This document shows positions 58,037 through 64,000 of a DNA stretch of 64,000 nucleotides, piece by piece. The notes under the pieces are model-generated. The model searched no databases, was not told the DNA's origin, and saw nothing but the letters and a program-made list of their open reading frames with translations. The translations under genes were made by a program, and so were the position numbers. The DNA is from Archaeoglobus sp. JdFR-37 (lineage in GTDB: Archaea; Halobacteriota; Archaeoglobi; Archaeoglobales; Archaeoglobaceae). The stretch spans positions 1 through 64,000 of the forward strand of contig MTMY01000047.1 in NCBI GenBank assembly GCA_002010215.1. Direction: 5' to 3'. Numbering within the stretch: position 1 is the first letter of the stretch; each line of letters begins with the position of its first letter.

Positions 58037-60277
58037 TCAATCTCTGAGCCTCTCCAGCATTATCCTTCTCTCAGTTCTCGCCACTGTCTCCTTTATCAGC
58101 TGAACAGCATCAGGATTAGCTGAAACACTGTCTATGCCCATCTCAACAAGCTTCTCCACGAACTTTGGATAGCTGCCTGCCTGACCGCATATAGATGTCT
58201 TAACTCCGTGCTCCTTGCAAATCTTTATGACCCTCTCAATGAGCTTGAAGACTGCTGGGTGCTCTTCGTCGTAGAGATATGCGACATTCTCATTGTTCCT
58301 GTCAACAGCCAGGGTGTATTGCGTTAGGTCATTGGTTCCGAAGGAGATGAAGGTTATGCCCTCTTTCACTATGTCCTCGATAACCAGTGCTGCTGCAGGT
58401 GTTTCCACCATCACACCGAAATCGATTTTTGAAAGTGACAAACCCTCCTCAAGGATGATTTCCTTGGCCCTTCTAACCTCATCTGGATGGGTTACCAGAG
58501 GCAGCATGATGCCAACGTTGGTATAGCCCTCTTCAACCAGCTTCTTTATTGCCCTTATCTCAGCTCTGAAGTGCTCGTGCTCTATCAGATCCCTCCGTAT
58601 CCCCCTGAAACCCAGCATGGGATTTGCTTCGATGGGCTCATCTTCTCCACCTTCCATGGCTCTGAACTCATCTGTTGGGGCATCCAGCGTTCGAATCCAC
58701 ACCATTTTGGGATAGAATGCTTGGACGACCTTCCTCATCTCTCTGTAGAGCATGTCGATGTATTTGTCCATCTCTCCGTCCTTTATGTACTTCATGGGGT
58801 GCTTTTCGAAGCCTAGGACCATGTGCTCAATCCTGAAAAGCCCAACACCATCAGCTCCGGTAGCAGCGGCTCTTGGAGCCGCATCGGGTATAGATATGTT
58901 AACCTTAACCTCTGTTGCCGTAATAATGGGTGCAGAAGCAACCGGAGTTACCTCTACCTTCTTTTCTTCCTTCACCTCACCCTTGTAGATCACTCCCTTT
59001 TCGCCGTCAACCGTAACAATCATCCCGTCCTTCAGAACCTTTGTGGCCTCCTTTGTTCCAACAACTGCCGGAACGCCGAGCTCTCTGCTCACAATGGCTG
59101 CATGGCAGGTCATGCCTCCTTCATCAGTCACTATTGCAGCGGCTCTTTTCATGGCTGGCACCATGTCAGGAGTGGTCATGGTTGTTACCAGTATGTCCCC
59201 CTCTTCAACCTTGTTAATCTCAGCCTCGCTCATTATCACTTTCACCTTACCAATGCCCACGCCTGGCGAGGCTGCCAGACCTTTGAGAATAATCTCACCA
59301 CCTTCCAAGGCAGCTTCTTCCTCTTTCTTCTCTCTGATGGTTGTAACAGCCCTAGACTGGAGAATGTAAATCTTTCCCTTCTCAATGGCCCACTCAACAT
59401 CTTGGGGATGCCCGTAATGCTCCTCAATAATCTCTCCAAAGTTGACGAGCTGTTCAATCTCTTCATCACTCAAAACCCTTTCAAAAGACTTCTCCCCCAG
59501 CTCAACTTCCACAGTCTTGCCATCTTTTCGAGTCAGCATCTTCTTTTTCTCACCAATCTTTAAATCCACTAGCTTTCTGTTTACCCTGTCATAGGTGTAT
59601 GTGTCAGGAGTTACCATACCGCTGACTATTGCCTCACCAAGCCCGAAAACCGCTTCGATTATGCAGAGCTTCTCCCCTGTTACTGGATGAGATGTGAACA
59701 TTACCCCACTCTTCTCACTATTCACCATTTTCTGTACCACAACAGCGATGCTGACGTCTTCATGCCTGAAGCCCTTCTGAACTCTGTAGTATATTGCTCT
59801 GGGTGTGTAAAGGCTGCTCCAGCACTTTTTCACGTTCTCAACTACGTCATCTTCTCCTTTAACATTCAAAAACGTCTCCTGTTGACCCGCAAAGCTCGCA
59901 TCTGGCAAATCCTCTGCTGTAGCAGAACTCCTTACAGCCACGAAAACCTCTTCGCCCTCTTCCTCGCACAGTTTTTTGTATGCCTTTCTAATTTCCTCCT
60001 CAATTTTTTCTGGCATCTCGCTGGATTCTATAAGTTCTCTAATCTTCTTAGATACTTCATTCAGTTTGTTTGTGTCCTCTACATCTATGCGGAGTAAGTC
60101 CATAATCTGGTATTTTATTCCAGTTGCCTCAAGAAATTCCATAAAAGTGCGGCTATCAACGATAAACCCATTTGGAACAGGAATTTCGTTCCTAATCAGC
60201 TCACCAAGGTTTGCCCCCTTCCCTCCTACGAGAGCTACATCATCCTTACCTACTTCGTTCAGCCACAATACGACCAT
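58037..60277 (-). CDS. ppsA: Phosphoenolpyruvate synthase
   Basis: GGKGANLGE, VRSSATAED...SFAGQ, GGMTCHAAIVSRELG, SFGTNDLTQ; start moved to 60277. Confidence 0.95.
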   Translation of the reverse strand: MVVLWLNEVGKDDVALVGGKGANLGELIRNEIPVPNGFIVDSRTFMEFLEATGIKYQIMDLLRIDVEDTNKLNEVSKKIRELIESSEMPEKIEEEIRKAYKKLCEEEGEEVFVAVRSSATAEDLPDASFAGQQETFLNVKGEDDVVENVKKCWSSLYTPRAIYYRVQKGFRHEDVSIAVVVQKMVNSEKSGVMFTSHPVTGEKLCIIEAVFGLGEAIVSGMVTPDTYTYDRVNRKLVDLKIGEKKKMLTRKDGKTVEVELGEKSFERVLSDEEIEQLVNFGEIIEEHYGHPQDVEWAIEKGKIYILQSRAVTTIREKKEEEAALEGGEIILKGLAASPGVGIGKVKVIMSEAEINKVEEGDILVTTMTTPDMVPAMKRAAAIVTDEGGMTCHAAIVSRELGVPAVVGTKEATKVLKDGMIVTVDGEKGVIYKGEVKEEKKVEVTPVASAPIITATEVKVNISIPDAAPRAAATGADGVGLFRIEHMVLGFEKHPMKYIKDGEMDKYIDMLYREMRKVVQAFYPKMVWIRTLDAPTDEFRAMEGGEDEPIEANPMLGFRGIRRDLIEHEHFRAEIRAIKKLVEEGYTNVGIMLPLVTHPDEVRRAKEIILEEGLSLSKIDFGVMVETPAAALVIEDIVKEGITFISFGTNDLTQYTLAVDRNNENVAYLYDEEHPAVFKLIERVIKICKEHGVKTSICGQAGSYPKFVEKLVEMGIDSVSANPDAVQLIKETVARTERRIMLERLRD

Positions 60278-60380
60278 AAGAACCACCTGATTGATGCGTA
60301 AAGTTTGAAACTTAAAAGATTTTTGTCGAAGTAGGTCGGGAAGCAAAAATTTATAATCCGCCATCTTCTCGCTCTTTCCA

Positions 60381-61964
60381 ATGAGAGTCCTCGTTGCCGA
60401 CTCTATCGCAAAGGAAGCCATTGGAATGATGGAAAGAGCAGGGCTTAAGGTAGATGTCAGGTCTGGAGTGACTACAGAGGACCTTCTTGAGATTATAGGA
60501 GATTACGATGCTCTGGTTGTCAGAAGCAAGCCGAAGGTTACAAGAGAAGTCATTGAGAGGGCAGAAAGGCTCAAGATAATTGGCAGAGCTGGTGTTGGTG
60601 TTGACAACATAGATGTGGAGGCTGCAACCCAGAAGGGTATAGTAGTTGTGAATGCTCCAGGAGGCAATACTGTATCAACTGCTGAGCACACTTTGGCAAT
60701 GATGCTTGCCGTTGCAAGAAAAATACCCCAGGCCGACAAAAGCGTCAAAGAAGGGAAGTGGGAGAGAAAGAAATACATGGGAATGGAGCTGAGGGGAAAG
60801 ACTCTTGGCATCGTTGGGCTTGGAAGGATAGGCTTCGAAGTTGCGAAGAGGGCAAAGGGCTTTGAGATGAACGTCATCGCCTTTGACCCCTACATATCAG
60901 AGGCGAGGGCAAGAGAGGCCGGAGTCAAGCTTGTCAGCCTTGAAGAACTCCTGAAAAATTCTGATTTTATCACGATACACGTTCCAAAAACTAAGGAAAC
61001 TGAGAATCTCATCTCTAGAAAAGAGTTTGAGATTATAAAAGATGGTGCTTATCTGATAAACTGTGCAAGAGGCGGAATAGTTGATGAAACTGCCCTTTAT
61101 GAGGCGCTTGTGAATGGGAAAATTAGTGGGGCAGCCTTGGATGTTTATGAAAAAGAACCCCCGTCCCCCGATACCCCCCTCCTGAAGCTTGAGAATGTGA
61201 TAACGACACCTCATATCGGTGCATCCACTAGAGAAGCTCAGATAAGCGTTGGATTAATCATAGCTGAGGATATAATTAACATGGCGAAAGGTCTACCAGT
61301 TAAGAATGCCGTCAATCTTCCGAGCCTTGAACCGGCTGAATTTGAGTTCATAATGCCTTATATAACTCTGGCTGAAAAGATTGGTAAAATTGCAGCAGCG
61401 AAGCTTGGTGGCATGTTCACCAAGGTCAGAATTACATACAGAGGAAGGATTGCAGATAAGAATACGGAGTATGTAACAAGAGCCCTCCTTAAGGGATTGC
61501 TGGAACACATTCTGGGTCAGAACATAAATCTGGTTTCGGCGATGCCCATAGCAAGAGAGAGAGGAATATTGGTGGAGGAGGCAAGGAGTGAAACTTCCGA
61601 GACATATGAAAGCATTCTTGAAGTTACTGTGGAGGGAGGGGACAGCATAACCATCGCTGGTACCTGCTTTGGTAAGGATGACTACCGCATAATAAGGATA
61701 GATAAGTACAAGGTGGATTTCGTGCCCAAAGGGCATTATGTTATATCTCTCCATGAAGACAAGCCCGGAGTTATAGGCAGGGTAGGGACACTCTTCGGCC
61801 AGTACAGCATAAACATTGCAGGGATGATAGTAGGAAGGTACGGGGACAAACCTGGAGGAGTTCAGCTGATGCTTCTGCTTGTGGATGATCCACCCACGGA
61901 AGAGGTGTTAGATAAGATGACGAAACTGGACGGCATAATCGATGCCGTCTATATATATCTCTAA
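60381..61964 (+). CDS. serA: D-3-phosphoglycerate dehydrogenase with ACT domain
   Basis: RAGVGVDNID, GLGRIG, NCARGG, TPHIGAST, DKPGVIG. Confidence 0.95.
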   Translation: MRVLVADSIAKEAIGMMERAGLKVDVRSGVTTEDLLEIIGDYDALVVRSKPKVTREVIERAERLKIIGRAGVGVDNIDVEAATQKGIVVVNAPGGNTVSTAEHTLAMMLAVARKIPQADKSVKEGKWERKKYMGMELRGKTLGIVGLGRIGFEVAKRAKGFEMNVIAFDPYISEARAREAGVKLVSLEELLKNSDFITIHVPKTKETENLISRKEFEIIKDGAYLINCARGGIVDETALYEALVNGKISGAALDVYEKEPPSPDTPLLKLENVITTPHIGASTREAQISVGLIIAEDIINMAKGLPVKNAVNLPSLEPAEFEFIMPYITLAEKIGKIAAAKLGGMFTKVRITYRGRIADKNTEYVTRALLKGLLEHILGQNINLVSAMPIARERGILVEEARSETSETYESILEVTVEGGDSITIAGTCFGKDDYRIIRIDKYKVDFVPKGHYVISLHEDKPGVIGRVGTLFGQYSINIAGMIVGRYGDKPGGVQLMLLLVDDPPTEEVLDKMTKLDGIIDAVYIYL

Positions 61965-61973
61965 ACTGCGGTT

Positions 61974-63134
61974 TTGAGCATGGAACCTTTTTTATCCCTT
62001 CTAATTTCTGTTGTTGTAATCCTCGTCCTTATCCGGAAAATCAAAATTGGTTATTCCGTTCTCATCGGTACAGTTTTGCTCTCAGTCCTCACTCTCGGGA
62101 GTAAAGGGATTTACGAGATCTTCAAGTCGTTTCTAGACATTTCCAATGCAGAAATTGTTGCTATCGTCATCCTCGCATTCGCCCTAGCCCAATCAATGGA
62201 AAAGATGGGTATGCTGAAGGGGGTTTCATCTTCTCTATCTCCACTCTCTGGAGTGGAAGTAGCACTGATACCTCTTCTGATAGGTCTGCTTCCAATGCCT
62301 GGAGGTGCTCTAGTTTCAGCGGTGATGATTTCGAGCCTCGCATCCAGGTATCAAATCGACCCTGAAAGAATGACCTTCATAAACTACTGGTTCAGGCACA
62401 TCTGGGTGACTGTATGGCCATTGTATCCCAATGTCATAATTGCTTCAGCAGTAATGGATACTGACTTCCGCCATATTATTGGAGCGACTTATCCTATAGC
62501 GCTTGCTGCCATCATATCTGCTATCCCATTCTCGAGAGGATTGTTTAGAAAACCTAGTAAGCCAGATTTGCATGAGCTGGTGGTCTCTTTCTCACCCATA
62601 ATTCTTGTCGCAGCTCTTGCCCTGCTTTTCAAGATGAGCCTTCTGCTTTCGCTGCTTATAGCCATCCTGCTGCTTTTTGCAATAAAAAGGGAGTTTAAAG
62701 CCATACCTGAAGTCTTCAAACGCTCCGTTGATCTGGAAATCCTAGTTCTGGTTTTTGCTGTGTTGGCGTATAGAGATCTGATAATCATTTCAGGAGCTGC
62801 CGAGGATTTCCTGAATGCCGTGGTCTCTGCTGGCATCTCATCTTACGCTGCAGCCTTCTTGCTCTCTTTCTTTGTAGCTTTTTCTACAGGGATCGAGATG
62901 TCATATACTTCAATAGCTCTTCCACTTCTTACTCCTTTCACCGGAACTGGAGATATAAACCAGAATTTTGTTCTGCTAATTTTTGCTGCTGGTTTTGCAG
63001 GTGTGATGCTCTCCCCACTTCACCTCTGTATTGTGCTATCTGCAAAGCACTTCAATGCTAATCTTAGAAAGGTTTACCACTACCTAATCCCAGCTTCAAT
63101 CATCATGCTGCTGCTGGTTTTTGCTTTTCTCTGA
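61974..63134 (+). CDS. DUF401 family membrane protein
   Basis: GLLPMPGGALVSA, NYWFRH, WPLYP, LSPLHLC. Confidence 0.8.
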   Translation: MSMEPFLSLLISVVVILVLIRKIKIGYSVLIGTVLLSVLTLGSKGIYEIFKSFLDISNAEIVAIVILAFALAQSMEKMGMLKGVSSSLSPLSGVEVALIPLLIGLLPMPGGALVSAVMISSLASRYQIDPERMTFINYWFRHIWVTVWPLYPNVIIASAVMDTDFRHIIGATYPIALAAIISAIPFSRGLFRKPSKPDLHELVVSFSPIILVAALALLFKMSLLLSLLIAILLLFAIKREFKAIPEVFKRSVDLEILVLVFAVLAYRDLIIISGAAEDFLNAVVSAGISSYAAAFLLSFFVAFSTGIEMSYTSIALPLLTPFTGTGDINQNFVLLIFAAGFAGVMLSPLHLCIVLSAKHFNANLRKVYHYLIPASIIMLLLVFAFL

Positions 63135-64000
63135 GGTTGTTGTTAAACCTTTCTGTAAACACTAGAAAAGCGGGAACGATAGTCAATGCAGCAATCAAGC
63201 TGAAAACTATTGCAAGAACGCTCACAACCCCAAAATTAGCCATGATGGGGAAAGGTGAGACCAGCATGGCTGCAAAGCCGCCTGCCATAGTAAGGCCAGA
63301 GGTGAGGATGGCCTTGCCTATGTTCTCCACCGTAACTTCAACAGCCTTTTCTGGCGATAACCCTTTTCTGCGCTCTTCAAGGTACCTCTCCATGACATGA
63401 ATGGAGAAATCTATGCCCAGACCAATTGTAAGAGAGTTTAGGGATGCAGATATGAGGGTCCTCTCTATTCCGAACAGATACATAACTCCGCCTGTGACGG
63501 CTATAACTGTTGTGATCGGCAGCAGTGGAACTACAGCTTTGGAAATACTTCGATAGACCACGAGAAGCAAGAGGAAAACCAGAATGAAGCTGGCAATTGT
63601 CATCCTGTTCTGCCCGTTCACTATCAGGTCTGCCACAAACATCTTTAAAACTACATCTCCTGTGAGATAGTACCCATATCCTGCTCCGTAGAAGTCAATT
63701 TCTTCTTTGACTCGATCGTAGAGCTCTCTGAATTCTAGCCAGTCCATGGGTGCAACGGTGAAATAGATTGCCATGGTGCTTCCCGCCACGTACCTTTTGA
63801 CGTTATCTTCAGGCACAAGTTCCATGAATTTATAGAATTCCTCCTCATTCTCTGGCTGTTTTCCGAATCTAAAAAAGAGAGTAGTCAGATCTGCATAATC
63901 AGTTATTCTAGGTTCTGAAGAGGTGACATATTTTGCAAGGTTATTTATTTCATTTACCGTATCAAAATTCACTCCATCCGTCTCAAAAACGGCTATGATT
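63103..64000 (-). CDS. RND/MMPL-family membrane protein, C-terminal part (start outside window)
   Basis: GLGIDFSIH...RY.EE, GKAILTSGLT..GF, FG; frame is open to the window edge. Confidence 0.85.
   Translation of the reverse strand, partial: IIAVFETDGVNFDTVNEINNLAKYVTSSEPRITDYADLTTLFFRFGKQPENEEEFYKFMELVPEDNVKRYVAGSTMAIYFTVAPMDWLEFRELYDRVKEEIDFYGAGYGYYLTGDVVLKMFVADLIVNGQNRMTIASFILVFLLLLVVYRSISKAVVPLLPITTVIAVTGGVMYLFGIERTLISASLNSLTIGLGIDFSIHVMERYLEERRKGLSPEKAVEVTVENIGKAILTSGLTMAGGFAAMLVSPFPIMANFGVVSVLAIVFSLIAALTIVPAFLVFTERFNNNLREKQKPAAA

Noticed and set aside
60278..60421. N-terminal extensions in the ORF track (ppsA; also 25714, 31089, 36389, 40442, 22032)
   Set aside because: The extensions run through promoters or neighbouring genes; family similarity begins at downstream ATGs

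Overview
Archaeal chromosomal window; gene content and order suggest Archaeoglobales (kae1-rps27ae-rps24e-spt4-rpoE1, rps13-rps4-rps11-rpoD, psmB-aCPSF1, tiaS, dph2/dph5, cetZ, ccmEF, fused ahbAB). From about 10.4 kb onward it is mostly housekeeping, with one tRNA-Thr(CGT) and one C/D-box guide sRNA. The first ~10.4 kb is a metal-centred accessory region holding the most interesting system: a five-gene minus-strand operon (6274->2444). It encodes a CuA-type cupredoxin fused to a NosR/NapH-like polytopic Fe-S membrane protein, a second membrane-anchored CuA protein, a type-1 blue-copper lipoprotein and two unknowns, with no terminal oxidase or reductase. A divergent wHTH + small membrane protein pair sits beside it, and a TTCTCA-N5-TGAGAA palindrome lies exactly 13 nt from the TATA-like boxes of three promoters. 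Other notable items: a JAB-Ubl-unknown (possibly E2-like) cassette; a HeH-SWIM-PD-(D/E)xK nuclease next to the tRNA; two solo Cas4-like genes (one decayed); an unannotated 37-aa zinc-finger microprotein; and four clusters of pseudogenes. All calls come from motif recognition by eye; no searches were run.
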